From assembly GCA_030324005.1 (NCBI GenBank), contig JARDVH010000132.1, positions 78,977,973 to 79,041,972 of the forward strand: a stretch of DNA of 64,000 bases, in the 5' to 3' direction. The translations under genes and the position numbers were made by a program. The DNA is from Negaprion brevirostris (taxonomy: Eukaryota). Below the pieces are notes generated by a model, which saw only the letters and a program-made list of their open reading frames with translations, did no database searches and was not told the DNA's origin. Of this stretch, positions 27,021 through 40,884 are shown one piece after another (position 1 is the stretch's first letter; each line of letters opens with the position of its first letter).

Positions 27021-27562
27021 AATATCCAAATGGTTGTGTATGGCCTTTCATCCCTCAAGGATATGAGCAGTGCACACTGCCTGCTGCTGACCACCTGCTG
27101 AAAACACATTGGATTCAAATCGGGCATTGAGGTGCCTGTGGCTCACCTCAAAGTAATCCATTCCTACTGGCAAAAAAAGACACATTGCCGGTTATCACCC
27201 AGCCATAATCAGGTAGCAGTTCTGCCTATAGTCATCAGTTACTACCTTAAGTGCAGTTTGATTGCTGAAGATGATTCTGTTAAATTTTATTTAGGATTTA
27301 CCTTGAGTCCAGTTGCTCCATTTAAATGCATTAGTCTTTGGAGACAATAATGTTGTTTCCTTTAAGGATTTCCTTTCACTTTTGAAAAGGAAGAAGAAGG
27401 GAATTTGGAAGAACCCTACAGGGATTCCATCAGGCCTTTACCAACAGTTACCCACACATCTGCATTTACTACCCAAAGCACTCCTAACCTAAACATTCAG
27501 CATTGTGTGAGAAGCCGACATTTGCCTTAGCAAGTAGCATTTGCGATGGACTAAGTGCTTGC

Positions 27563-27767
27563 ACAGAAAACAGTCTGACAACACTAGGTTTATGTCCAAC
27601 CGATTTATTAGATAGTAAACTCCACTCGCTTTCGGGGTTAGTCCCTTCGTCAGGTGAAAAGGACTAACCCCGAAATCTAGTGAGTTTACTATCAAATAAA
27701 TCGGTTGGACATAAACCTGGTGTTGTCAGACTTTTTACTGTGTCCAACGCCGGCATATCCACATCAT
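27563..27767. mobile_element. Palindromic Penelope-like remnant, opposite orientation to the 5622 copy
   Basis: Inverted arms approx. 27572-27645 / 27659-27732. Minus-strand CACCTGACGAAGGGACTAACCCCGAAAGCGAGTG. Perfect 14-bp direct repeat GACTAAGTGCTTGC (27549, 27768). Confidence 0.82.
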
Positions 27768-29571
27768 GACTAAGTGCTTGCCTCAGACTTGGAGAATCGC
27801 CGTCAGAGCAATGTATTGGGCAAAGCAGTGACTAACCACAGACTTAAATGTTTAGGCTTTATTTGTACCCTCGAATTGTGTCGGGGATATCTGTCATTTG
27901 CTATCAATGAGCTGTACATAACTGAACCAAACTAACCACTTCCATTGTTTTCTTAAACCAGGTGGTTCATTTCCTTATAACTATTGTTCTTCAAGAGAGA
28001 GTTGTCCAATTTTACCATGTGGCAGGATTCCACATGTGTAACTGATCATTGATACTTAATGTACTGAATATGTCCCCAAAATATTATCACCTTCCTGATC
28101 ACAAAGACTATGCCCTTTAAGATGCTGCGACCAATACAATGCTGTAACAACACTGGATTGTCCTCCCTCAGAAGTTTGCACCCAGTAAAGTGTGTAGATA
28201 TCTCTGGAGCCTACTACCATGATGTTGAACCAAGGAATAGGACAAGTGAGACCACGCCTGTGGGAAGAACTGCAACCTAAATGCACTCCCAGAAATTGAA
28301 CACTATGGTGGCATATTCTGAGTTATGCAAGTTCCTGTTTGACAAATACATATTTATTGTTGCAAATTTAGTATTTCGTTAATTGGAATAATTGAGTTTC
28401 TTAAATTTGTTTGACATCCGCTAGTATGAAATCCAATTACTCCATTTTATAAAAAATGACAAAATCCCGTGGAGATAAAAAGGTGTGTGTGACCTGAATG
28501 GGATTAACATTGTTTGTATCTAGGATTGGTCCCCAATTTACACAAGGGTCTTGTTACATTCAGATTCAGAGTCCTAGAAAATTTAAGGCCAATTAAAGAT
28601 TATCTTTTGCTAAGCTACCAACAGTGCTTCAGGATGTGTTTTTGAAGAGTTAGTTTTTATCAGTGGCAAATGACTTACAGTGACACCTTTTTAGCCGATT
28701 TCCACCAGCAACCAGATTACCAATTTTGGCAGGTTGAAATGAAATGACACCCCAGGCTTTCACCAGAGCCTTGCAAGTAATTCTCATTAGCCAGTACAGA
28801 TAAGGATGTGTGATGAAAATGGACTGTCCTTGCAGTTTGGATGAACAAACTTGTGGAGTGTGTGCCACACAGGCAGTTGTTCCTTGGCATAGGTTGGCTT
28901 TCCCACAAGTCTCTAATGCTCTTCTTGACACCCCTAAAGTCAACCCTTCAAATGTGACATTTTCTGCAGGCTTCTCGATTGCTTTCTCCTGGTCCTCCAA
29001 CATGTATGGACTGGCACAGATTTGCCTTCTTTTCTGATTGGTGAGCGGCTCCAAATGCACAAGTTGTTCACTGATGCTATTCACATGAGGCCTGAAAATG
29101 AAGATTGCTCAGGCTCAGTAAGATTATGCACTTGTTCCAGAAATCGCCTTTAGTATAAACCCCAAAATTGCAGAATCCAATTGTGTTGCAATTACTGGAG
29201 GTTATTGAGATTTTTATTTATTTATTTGTGAATAGTTGCAGAAATCAGCACAGAATGTTTAAATCCCCAGTTGAGTTCAAATCAAAGCAAATTTAGCATT
29301 AAGCAGCTTGTAGAAAGATTTCCCATATAAATTTTCCATAACAATGTGTGTGATGAATTAATCATGTGACCCTTGATTTTTTGTGGAAGCTTAACAATTA
29401 ATAATGGTGGCATTGTAAAAATTATTGATATTTTGTTACTTCAATTATTGACAAAGTGGATTTATATTCTCCAATGTATTGTGGAATATTATGTCCCCGA
29501 GTTATTATTGCAAGTTTCAAACCTGCTTTAGATATTCTGCCAGGTNNNNNNNNNNTATTTAATTCTGTTAT

Positions 29572-30790
29572 GTGTCAGTCTTGGTTCAATGGCAACTCTC
29601 TTGACTTTGGGAGGTTGCGGATTCACCCCCATTTCAAGCACTTGAATATGTAATCTAGGCTGACACTTTAGTGAAGTACTGGATGAGTGCTAGAATGTTG
29701 AAGATGCTGGCCTAGAAAGTATAATTTGTACCTCCTAATGATTGAGAGATGAGGGCTCTGGCTTTCCAGCTCATGGACCGCAGGCTTCTTTGCAGTGTTC
29801 TTGTCAACAGGTGAAATGGAAGCCTTGGCCAGGAATTGAGATTGGTGCTTGGATTGTGGATAAGCAGGGGAGGGATTAGGATTAGATGGGACCTGGTTTG
29901 GGGATCAGGAAGGACTGATTTTGTATTGGGGCCAGGGTCCTGAGTTGGGAGGGAAGACATGGATGGTGCATCGGCAGAGGTATCTTGATCAAGATGGAGC
30001 TTAGGTTGTAGATCCCAGGATTGGATATCAGGCAGTGTTAATCATTGTCTGTGATCAGATAATTCTGTGTTGGGAGCAGAGAATGAAGACTAGTGATGGG
30101 CGGGGTCAGGACTGCTGACCATGGGATGGGAAATCAAAATTAACAATTGGCCTCTTTTATATAAGATCAGTAGGAGCCCTGTAGCTCCAGGATCCTATTT
30201 CAAGTAGTTGCATCCTTTGTTGTAGTTGATCCCTTGGGCTGATTAACCTGATTGCAGCTGGTGGTGTCGTGGCCAGTCTCAGGGCAGGGCAGTCTTGGAG
30301 AGGGGACTTCAAAAACTGGTGTTGGCCCCTCCACCTGATGCCTGCTTTAGGTGTGGGTAAAGGATGCCTCGGTCTGTGTGAAATATGGTGGATGTGTGGC
30401 ACACTTCAATCTAGGAATGCACACATGCTTCTTACTTGCCATATTAGAGCTTGAATAGATGTAAGGAAAAATAAGTCTTGAATAAACCAACTTCTAGGAT
30501 GCTGGCTTTCACAGTAGATAATTAACTATCTAATGAGGATAATACTCCAATAACATTACTTAATGAAGAGTAGGGAATTCTTCTGAAGCCCTAGCCAACA
30601 TTTATTCCTTAGCCAACACCAGTAAAAGAGATTATTTTACCATTTATTTCTTTTGGACCTTGCTGTGCCAAAAATGGCAGCTGCTTTTGCTTACAAGAGT
30701 GACTACGCATTTAAAAAGTGCTTCTTGATTTGTGAAACGTTTTAGATTGTTCTGTGTTTATAAAAGGCCGTGTACAGTTGCAAACTTGTA
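29572..30790 (+). mobile_element. Deu-domain SINE split by an approx. 850-bp insertion (head 29572-29710, tail approx. 30560-30790)
   Basis: Head matches the 23587 copy (ggctgacact..ag..agtactg). Tail has gccaacatttattcc...ttgctgtgc.aaaatggcagctg...gtgactac. Confidence 0.6.
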
Positions 30791-31926
30791 ATTTTTCCAT
30801 ATGAGACATAACCCAGTGTGTGATAGATGCCCTGTTGCACAAGCACTTCTCAAACATTTTGACGTGAGACGGAGACATTTGATAAGATGAGGCAGATACA
30901 AAATGGTGATAAGCTGCTTTATTTCACAAGGAGCAAGGCAACATGTATAGCAACGTCCAAAGCAAATTTCTCTTACTTGAGAAGTAATTTCCACAGGGAG
31001 TGGNNNNGCAAATAGCAGAAATTCATTTAAGACGAAGCTAGCTAAACATATGGAGGGTGGAAGGGTAAAGCAATTTATGGTTATGCTGATATGACCAGAA
31101 GAAGAGTGGGTGGGAGGAATTCATGCAGAATGTGAACAACCGGCATGAACCATTTAGATTGAATAGCCTGTTCCTATGCTGTGCATTTTATGTAATGTCC
31201 ACATGCAATTCAATCACATCCCTTAGAAAGGGGGTGTGAAAAATAAACCCCTAAATGGAGCCATGGCATGACTTCCCCAAGACGTGCCAAATCATTGTGC
31301 GGATCTCTGGCTATTCCTACTGGCCGGAATCTCTGGACCTGCTTCCAGCATATCCCCGTTCATCGGTTTCCCAGCAGCGTGGGATGGCTTCAATGGGAAA
31401 TCCCATTGGCAGTAGTGGAACCTGAAGATTCTGCTGCCAGCAAACAGTGCACTACCTCCCCCTGCCGAAAAACACCTGGCTGGAGAACCCTGCCTATATT
31501 ATCTTTTATTTCCTAATTATTAACTTTTAATTATCGTCTGCCATTTTACCATGCCATACCTTGAATTAATCAAAGATTGAATCACAGAATACTGACTTCC
31601 TTATCTATTTTATTGCTGTAATAAAATGGATGCTAATATTTATTTTTGAGAATCGTTTCAGGGGGCAGTGGGGAGGTAGTTTTCCTGTTCCTGCTGGCCA
31701 CAGGAATCGGAGAGAGTGGGGGGGTGCATTGACCTCAGGAGTGATTTTCCAGTTTTGAGGCGAGTACGAGTGCTGGAAAATCCCACCTGCTGTTTCACCT
31801 GCAACCCTAGAAACAAAGTGCTACATGCAAAGAACAAAAAGCATGACTAATATGAATTTATAATATGTATTTACAAATTAATCTGCTCCTTCACCAGCAC
31901 TAATTTTCCCATTTTTCTTGGTTTAG

Positions 31927-32335
31927 GTTTCTTTTAATATAACAGTTGGAATGACAGATTGTTATGAGGGAGACAAGCACATCATTTTAAAACCCGTTGG
32001 GTATAATGAAACAATTGTTGTTTCTGTAAGCAGCACTTGTGCTTGTCAGTGCAAAGGACCTAAAGGTTATACTGCTGGAAGATGCTTCAATAAAGAGCTT
32101 GACCCAGATTGTAGACTTTGCCAGTGTGAAGACAGAGTTACTAATTCTTCCTGCAAAGAACAATGTCTCATTGAAAGCTGTCGGCAGTACAAAGAACAGC
32201 CTCTATGCAGTAATCGAGGGATCTGCAACTGTGGGAAATGCTTATGCTACCAGACCAAGCTAGGTAGAGTGTTTGGAAAATATTGCGAGCTGGATAACTT
32301 TTCTTGTCCTTATCACCAAGGCCATCTATGTGCTG
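31927..32335 (+). CDS. ITGB8: ITGB8 exon (approx. exon 10), hybrid end and I-EGF1/2: VSFNITVGMTDC...FSCPYHQGHLCA(G)
   Basis: gtttag acceptor, gtaag donor, 409 nt, phase 0/1. Contains Cys-rich integrin EGF repeats (ORF 31951..32355). Confidence 0.97.
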
Positions 32336-33699
32336 GTAAGATGACAAATTCATGAAAATCATTGACTTCTGTAGAGCTAGCTGTTTACTGTTTGTTACAC
32401 TTTTTGATTATTGGTAACTCCAACAATAATGTGAAAGTTTTGATGTTTTACCTACGTGTATAGTATCTTTCAAATAATGTATTTTTCAAGTATGGGGACT
32501 TGGCCTAGCAACTGTGCACAGCAACTTATTAACAGATACGTATACTTAAACAACCCTTTGTATATTATCTATGTTCTGAGAAATACCAAAGGCAATACTG
32601 TAAATCTGAGCAGAAAGCCTGCCAACAAACTAACCGACCTTTATATCAGTCTTCCCTCACACCAATTTTATATCTCCCAGCATCTTTGTCTATACTGGGG
32701 GGGAACTATTATATGCTAATTAACTGTACTTATCTGCTTCTTAAGTTTGCCATTTAGCTATCAATAAAAATCANNNNNNNNNNGACTGTAGCTTGTGTCA
32801 TTGTTATGACAGAAATTTTAGCAAATTATGGAGTAATAACTTTTGGCATTGGCATGCTACAACTTGCTTGGAATTTGCCACTCAAGCAGTACCCTTCATT
32901 GAAATTATAATTACAAATCAGTGGCAATTGTGAATTTGCTGCTGTAAAGCTTTTGAAAAATAGTTTCACTGGAAATCTGCAAGTGGCAGGATTCACAAAT
33001 TTGCTTTTGCATTTCCCTAGGTTTGGGGGTCTTTGTGGGATTCAGTACAGGACACATGAACTCTTGCCTATTGACTTATATTGCCAGACAGTAAACCTTA
33101 TTGGAAAATGATCTAACTTTGAAATTAGCCTGATATATTCACATTTTCTGACTGTGAATCCAGCGAGGTTCAACTCTTTGATGTTCGTATTAATGCTAGC
33201 ATACCATTAAAGCATTGCACTAGTTAAAAAGCTTGATTTGTCATATGATGCAGTATGTGACAGAAATACCTGAAATTGAACCATATTTATAAATAAATGT
33301 TTGTCTTAAATAGAAATTGCGATACTAGTCCATCCAGGATTCTCCAAAAATAGGAAAATGATTTTAATGTTATTATAACAATTTCCTGGGTTGGGAGGTT
33401 GCCAGATTTCAGTGTTACACTTTGAAGATAAATTGTTCCCATTTTCCCCAGTAATTGAAATTTTAAATAAAGTTTTGAAAACTTTTTTTAAAAAATCAAA
33501 ATGTAATTATTTTACAGTAACATCTTCAAACAAATCAGTTGAATTGTTTTGTAACTTCTTTTGTATCATTAAAGCTTGTACTTGAAGACTTCAGTAGACT
33601 CTCCCAAAAAATATAGAAATTGAATTAATATTTTGTTTCCTGAGCAGTTACTTCACTGTCTATGAGTGTGAAAAGTGTATGATTCGTCATTTATATAAA

Positions 33700-34800
33700 T
33701 GACATTGACTGCGTGGGGGTAGAATAAGTAAGTTTGCAAATGACAGAATGATTGGACGAGTGGTTAACAGTGAGGCGGAGTGTCTTGGGCTACAAGAAGA
33801 TATAGACGGGATTGGGCAGCTAAGTGGCAGATAGAATTTAATCTTGAAAAGTGTAAGGTGATACGTTCTGGAAGGGACAATTTGACAAAAATGTACTCAA
33901 TGAATGGTAGGACACGAGGAAGTACTGTGAAACAAAGGGACCATGGCGTGTTTGTCCACAGATCTTTGAAAGTGGAAGGGTATATTAGTAGGGTGTTGAA
34001 AGAGGCATATGGGACACTTCCCTTTATCAATCAAGGCATAGACTACAAAAACAGGGAAGTCACGTTGGAGTTGTATAGAACTTTGAGGCCACAGCTGGAG
34101 TGGTGTACAGTTCTGGTCACCAGATTATCAGAAGGATGTGATTGTACTGAGGAGGGTGCAAAGGCGATTCACCAGGATGCTTCTTGGAGTGGAACATTTA
34201 AGTTATGAATAGAGATTGCATAAGCTTGGATTGTTCTCGTTGGAACAGAGAGGACTGAGGACGCGACCTGATCGAGATGTACAAGATTGTGAGACGTGGA
34301 CAGAGTGGATAAGGAGCAGCTGTTCCCCTTAGCTGAAGGGTTGCTCACGAGAGAACTTAGGTTCAAGTGAGGGGCAGAAGGTTTAAAAGGATGAGGAAAA
34401 TCCTTTTTACCCAGAGGGTGGTGATACTCTGAAATACACTTCCTGGGAGGGTGATAGAGGCAGGTTGCCTCACATCCTTTAAAATGAACACTTGGCACAT
34501 CATTAACACTTAGGGCTATGGGCCAAACACTGGCAGATGGGATTAGATGAGAGTTCAGATGTTCCTAATCCTTGAATCTATGGCACAGAGACAGGCCCTT
34601 TGGCCCAAACTGGTCCATGCCACCCAAAAGCCCGTCTACAATAACCCCATTTGCCTGCATTTGGCCCATATCCCTCTAAATCTTTCCTGTCCATGTATCT
34701 GTCCAAATACCTTTTAAATGCTGTCAATGTCCCTAGTGTGTCAGTGTGGACTCAGTGGGCCGCAAGGCCTGTTCTATGCTCTATGGTTCTATGATTTCCT
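33700..34800 (+). mobile_element. CR1 LINE 3' portion (RT C-terminus and 3'UTR) with an inverted CR1 tail inserted at approx. 34575-34735
   Basis: WAAKWQIEFNLEKCKVI, LYRTLRPQLE motifs; frameshifted; ttctatg-type tail. Confidence 0.9.
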
Positions 34801-35139
34801 GGGATGATTAATAGCATTGAATCTATCCAAATGATGGAATTCTCTAACAAAATATATTGAATTACCTTTCAATGCTTATGAATAAATGTTGAAAAAATTT
34901 CAAAAGCTTTATTAGGTAAAAGTTGTATTGATGATTTCCTTAAAACGAAGAGGCATTATGGTCTGAAGGAGATTAAGAAAGAAAGTTTTAAAAATACAGT
35001 CCGTACTAATTATGTATCATTTGCAGCTTTAGTTTGTGTTTGAATTATACATCGGACTTCAGAAACATATTAAGCTGTGATGAAAGGACATGAAAAGAGG
35101 CATGAAAATTCTAGTGTAGATCATGGGATGTGGGGAAAT

Positions 35140-35427
35140 CAGTGCTCAGTGGTGCAGTGGTTAGCACAGTTGCCTCAGCGCCAGGGATCTGGATTCAGTT
35201 CCAACTTGGATTACTGTCTCTATGGAGTCTGCGCATTCTCCCTGTGTCTGCGTGGATTTCCTCCAGGTACTCCAGTTTCCTCCCACACTCCAAAGATATG
35301 CGGGTTAGGTGCATTGGCCATGCTAACTTGTTCCCTCTGTGTATCCGAAACAGGCCCCAGAATGTGGCAACTGCATTGCAGTGTTAATGCAAGCCTACTC
35401 GTGACATTAATAAACTTTAAAACTTAA
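35140..35427 (+). mobile_element. V-SINE, alternative-tail subfamily
   Basis: gtggtgcagtggttagcac head, V domain, tail ttgcagtgttaatgcaagcctact.gtgaca.taataaa. Confidence 0.8.
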
Positions 35428-38103
35428 GGCACATTTTCCTTTGATTCTGATTTTTTTCTGAAATGTTACTGCCTGATCAGGGGACAGTTTAAACATCATA
35501 CAGTTGGTCTTAATTTTTGAATTTCCTTGATTGAATTCCTGTGTCTCCAATTGTAATGAAAATTAGCTCTGTAAACTTGTTATGCTTTAATTATGTTCCC
35601 CTGCCAATTGTGGCATTTGTTGTATTCAGTCATGGTAAACTGGTGGTCTAGATATAATTCCCTACACTTTAGAAATATCAAGTAAAGAGGATAAAGCTAC
35701 TGATGAAAGTCTTGACTGACCAGAATTCCTGACATTTAATTACTTGGTTAGAGAGAAAACGGAAGGCAAAGCAAGATAGCAATTAGATCCCATTGTATAG
35801 CAAGTCAAGACATAATACAAATGTGCAGTGAAGACCAGTGAGAAAGGTAGAAATTAAACCGATATAAACAGGTGAAGAATGACACAAGATAATGATTTTG
35901 TTTTAAATGTTGGCAAAATTTTGAAGTAGGCTTACCAAAAGATAAGGACAAAAATAAAACCTTGAGTGCCTCATGACAGTGGAATTTTTTTTTGTTAACT
36001 GTTCCAAGGCACCAAGAGATCCTCTCCAGAAAGGTCTGAACATTAAAGATAACCCTCTTGACTTCCACTGAATATCGCAAAACTACATGTGAAATCTTGT
36101 TTGTTTAAATTCTGGAAAGCTCTGGTGTAACCATTTTCCCCTTTAAGCTTGGGAATGAGCCCCCAATTTGTTATAATCCCCATAGTGACTGATTAACTTT
36201 TAAAAGAAAGGAATCCTCATGAAACCAACATTTTAAAAAGCACAATCTTGTCCAGCAGTTTTCTTCCTGTTGTCTTTATGGGGATTCCATTCTTTTAAAA
36301 GTTGTCAGTTTCCTTAGTGATTTTCTGTCCTCACTGGCATCTCAGGTTGGATGCCATCAACAGCTTGCTTGGCAACTTCAAAGGGTAGTTAAAAGTCAGC
36401 CATATTTGATCTTGAAATTAAAATAGTATCTCCCAGACTGGTTAAGGATAGCATGTTTCCGTCCTTAAAGGGCCTTGGTGAACCAATTGCATTTTTAAAG
36501 TAACTATTTGGTCATTTCTACAGGTACAGGTTTTTGGATTTTTGAAGTAAGTTCAAATTCCCAAATATAGGAAGATTTGCACTTACAGGTCTAGAAATTT
36601 GCTCACGCAGTGCTGGTTTCTTGGGCACTAAATGATCTGCCAGCACTCCAATATTACATCAAAAGCACATGAGGTGGAAAAGTAGATGTATTCAAGGTGC
36701 TTCTTGCGTTACACCACCACTCAACCATAATATAATGCATCGAAATAGAAGTACCTTTTAAGAATTGCTGGTACCTTAATCCCCAACCAATTTCAGCTAA
36801 AGAGCTCCTTGTGTTGCAAAAAACATGTGGGGACCATATGAATCCAGCGAGCTCACATTTGAAACAACATACTTCCTGTACCATGTTTGTGCTTTTGTAG
36901 AATAGCTTATGATTTCTTGATGTGAAATGCTTTCTTCATGAACTAGACATTTGCAGAATCGGAGGAGGATATCAGATTCATTATACATGGCTATATTTTG
37001 GGTTTTGCTGGAGGAAATGTTCTGTTTGTCTGTTTCAATGATAACAGACTGACTTGTTATTTTATATGATGTGACAATCAGTCTTAAAATCCACTATAAA
37101 GTACAAGATACTCAGCATTGAGTGACAATGTAGGAAAATGCTGAGATGGTGTGGGAAACCCTTTTTTTAGGCAATTCTGAGATGAAGCCGAATTCTTACT
37201 GCATCATAAATGTGTCACAACATTCTTTCAAATCTTAAGGCCAGACCCATTTGAATTCTGTTTGCTGTCTCCCATGTCATTTTATGCATAACTGGAGTGC
37301 TTAATTGACTCACATGGGATGGGGAAATGTGCGAAGTATTTTGCCACAGAATAAGTGGACCATGGCTTTCGGAGAACAAAATGTAATCATTAGATTAATC
37401 CCTTTATTAGTGGGTAAAGGCTTGCCAAAATGGTGATTGTTATTTTCACATTTGACGTGGGTGGCTGCAGATTGTTTGCTTTCCTTTCAGTTGAAGTGAA
37501 TAGACATTAACATCTCACAGTCAGTATATGACAGGCAGCAGATCCAGAACTGGTGATTTTCTGTCCAAACTGAAAGTGAAAATCAGCCTCACTGTCTCTG
37601 CTGGATGGAATGAGCACGTAATTAGAATAGGCATATCAGTCTTTAGTACCATTCGGATCACTGGAACTCAGACGCCCCTTGAACTGTGTTGCTTGAGTGT
37701 AGTTGGAAGGAAATGTATCATCTGATTATTGTCCTTATTTCCAACCCATCAGAACATATTTTGCATAACTCCCAAGGAAATGCTAACAGCAAAAAAGAGG
37801 ACATGGACTTACTCTGAATGTGTCCCACCCTAATTTCTGCATTCCGTGACTCAAATTAAAGTTTTTGTTCTGCCACATTTTTGTGCCGAAATGTGTTCAC
37901 AGAATTGCTCCACGTGGTGAGTTGGATCCTACTTTTTAGAAGACGGTTTGAAAATGGCACATAATGCATGCTCTTGCCACTGTCTTCCTCTTGCTGATCT
38001 CCTGCATGTCACTGTACATAATACTGGTGTCCTGCTCTATCTTCCACAACCTTGCCTCCTTCTTACCATTATTCCGGACTCCTCTGTTCCATACTTGGTT
38101 GGT

Positions 38104-38425
38104 TAGAACTTAAGAAATAGGAGCAGGAGTAGGCCATCTAGCCCTTCGAGCCTGCCCCGCCATTCAATAAGATCATGGCTGNNNNNNNNNNNNNNNNNNN
38201 NNNNNNNNNNNNNNNNNNNNNNNNNNNNNNNNNNNNNNNNNNNNNNNNNNNNNNNNNNNNNNNNNNNNNNNNNNNNNNNNNCCATTTGCCAGTTCCTGGC
38301 CCATTCGCCCAGCCTATCTAGATCCTCCTGCAGACTCTCCACACCCTCCGCGCAATTTACCGTTCCACCAATCTTGGTGTCATCTGCAAATTTCGACACC
38401 ATACACTCGGTTCCCTCCTCCAGAT
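38104..38425 (-). mobile_element. Young CR1 LINE 3' fragment collapsed around a gap
   Basis: [11 protein letters not shown]...[17 protein letters not shown] motif; 3' tail nearly identical to those at 16877 and 50697. Confidence 0.9.
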
Positions 38426-40884
38426 CATGGTTAGGACATCAATATTATGCAGAATGATATACAAAAGCTCAGCACAGTAGAGACTGGGGCACAATAGTCT
38501 GCTGCAGCATTTCCTACTGCCTTGATGTTCCACTCTGCTTTCTGTTTTACTATTACTTTTTTTAGCTCAGGTCACTGTATGATAGGACAAAATTAGTTGG
38601 AGTGAGGCATCTCTCTACATGTGTAAACCATTCAACTAGTCTGGATATTTGCAACTTATTTCATATCTCTTTATTCTCTGAACTGGCGGGAGAATGTATG
38701 CATCAAATCACACTACTTTACAAATTGTATGTGGAATTAGACCATGGATCTGTCACGATCACATTGAATAGCCAAACAGGTTCAGGGAGCTAAATGGCCT
38801 ACCAGGGCCTCGTGTATCTGCCATTGTGCCATTAGATAACATTTTCAGGAAGGCTAAATCCACTGGCATGATTTTCCCACCCCGCTGTGCTGGTTGAGTA
38901 GTGTAGCTAAGCGGGAAACGTAAATGGGAAAATAAAAATCCTAATTGCGACCAGCATTTTGTGGTGTGATCAGCCTTGCGCCGACGATCCGAGAGAAGGG
39001 AAGGGGGGAGCTCTGCATCAATGGGAATGGGGACTGATGTGGGGCCTGTGATCAGGGCCAGCCAGCAGGGGTTGGTGCTGGCAGTTGGGGCCAGGAAGGC
39101 AGGTGCATCGATTTCCCAGTATACTGGGTATTTGGAGTGGTCCCCTATGCACTCTGCTGCCAGTTTCTCCAGTGGGATTAAGCTCTGCCCCCGCAGCGTG
39201 AATTTCCTGACTCTGCAAAACAGGGGCAGAGTGCCGTAAATGATCAAAAGTCAGCTCAGCTAAAAAGATGACAGGAAAACCTCCCATTTTCCCGCCTGTT
39301 AGGCACTTGGATTTAGATTAGGAAAATCTCACCCAATATATTTTAACATTGTAATTACCAAAGTTGGCTGTTACAGCCTTTAAGTTTTCTTGCACCTTAA
39401 ATGGTTTTCTTTTGAAGGAAAAAAATCACTGCGGTCAACTTAAAGTCCACAGTAATATTATAAAACTTCCCACTTTTTCTTCTCAAAACCTTTGAAAAGA
39501 ACAAAGTTTTAACAAAGGGAAAATCATATTGTGCACATGCCTAAGATTCTGATCTTCATGACTTCCAGGCGGTGCACTACATAGCAATGGATAAAATGAT
39601 CCCTGCATTATGAATGTGTGTATGGTCTGTATCAAAAAGTTAATTCAGTACTGTTTACATCTGTACTGTATTATAATAAGTGGCTTCCCCTGGTGGTTAG
39701 AAAATGTAATTTGCTGATAACCCAGAATCCTGTACAGGAAAACAACACATGATTTCTAAAGCAAATCAGTTTGTGAGTAATTGCATAACTGAAAGTTGAC
39801 TGATATGAGCAGGTTACAGTACCTATTTGTACAAACTGAGACTAAATAATAAAAAGCGAAAAACATGTTAATATATACAATTAACAAAAAAAATTAATTT
39901 ATTTCTAAAACCGGGCATATTTCTATGGTCACCATCCTTCACCTCAGTTCCTGCAACTAAGAAGTGAGAACAGTATTCCTGGTGCTGGAGTCGGTTGGGT
40001 CTTCTGTTTTTAGCTGCTAGTTCCAAATTTGAGTCTGTAAGTGAATTGCAGATCCTCATAGTTCTATAAAGTAAGTAACGGTAATTTATGTTCATGACAT
40101 TTCAGAAAGTTTATGGGAAATATTGTTGCTTAATGTAATACAATATCTGTGCGAGAATCTTGTCCAATAGAAGCTAGCAAGCCTATTCCATTCATGACTG
40201 GTTAAGTGGTTTTAAAGGATACTTTGGCTTTGAGTTGGTCTTTATCATACATGCTTTATTCATAAAATATAATTTGTGCCACATATGTAACAGGATTCCT
40301 GCAGCACCACCAACTGATTTGGGATGGTAGTGAAGCAATGAGGCTCAATAAATGAGCTACCAATGCAAGAAGTGCTGCCCAATATTATTCCCATGATTAA
40401 CACCTTTAGCATCATTAGTTAATGCTGGACATCAGGAAAAATATTGCTTTCCTCTTGCTTAGTGATGTTAAGGACGTTGGAAAGAGGCCTTTAAATGATT
40501 GAAAAAGGGTTTGAAACCATTAGGTGATATGTCTTTTTTGGATATTAAAAGTTATATTTTACAAGGAACTATTTAAAGAAAAATCCTTGTCTCGACCTCA
40601 TCCCAAAAGTTTTATTGGGATCAATACTCAAGCGTTGTTCTCCAGAATTTAAAAAAATCTCGATCATAACTTCTTTCTATCTATTGCTTTGATGTTTATG
40701 TCTAGGTAATATTTTTGTATTTCCCGCTTGCTGATTCCCCCCAAATTGATATCAATCTCTTGCACCCTACCATCCCTGGAGTTGGAAGGGGAGGTGCATA
40801 ACACTACAGGCTGATCAAATCACACTGAAATAGATTAGAACGAACATTTGTGTATTCCAATTAAATAAATCAACAGCAGGCTAT

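Noticed and set aside
28650-29084. 144-aa minus-strand ORF
   Set aside because: No recognisable homology; consistent with a chance ORF.
35150-35215. tRNA-like A/B boxes here and in other copies
   Set aside because: These are SINE heads, not complete tRNA cloverleaves.
38759-39287. 162-aa minus-strand ORF and overlapping ORFs
   Set aside because: They lie within a GC-rich MITE-like repeat and have no protein-family features.
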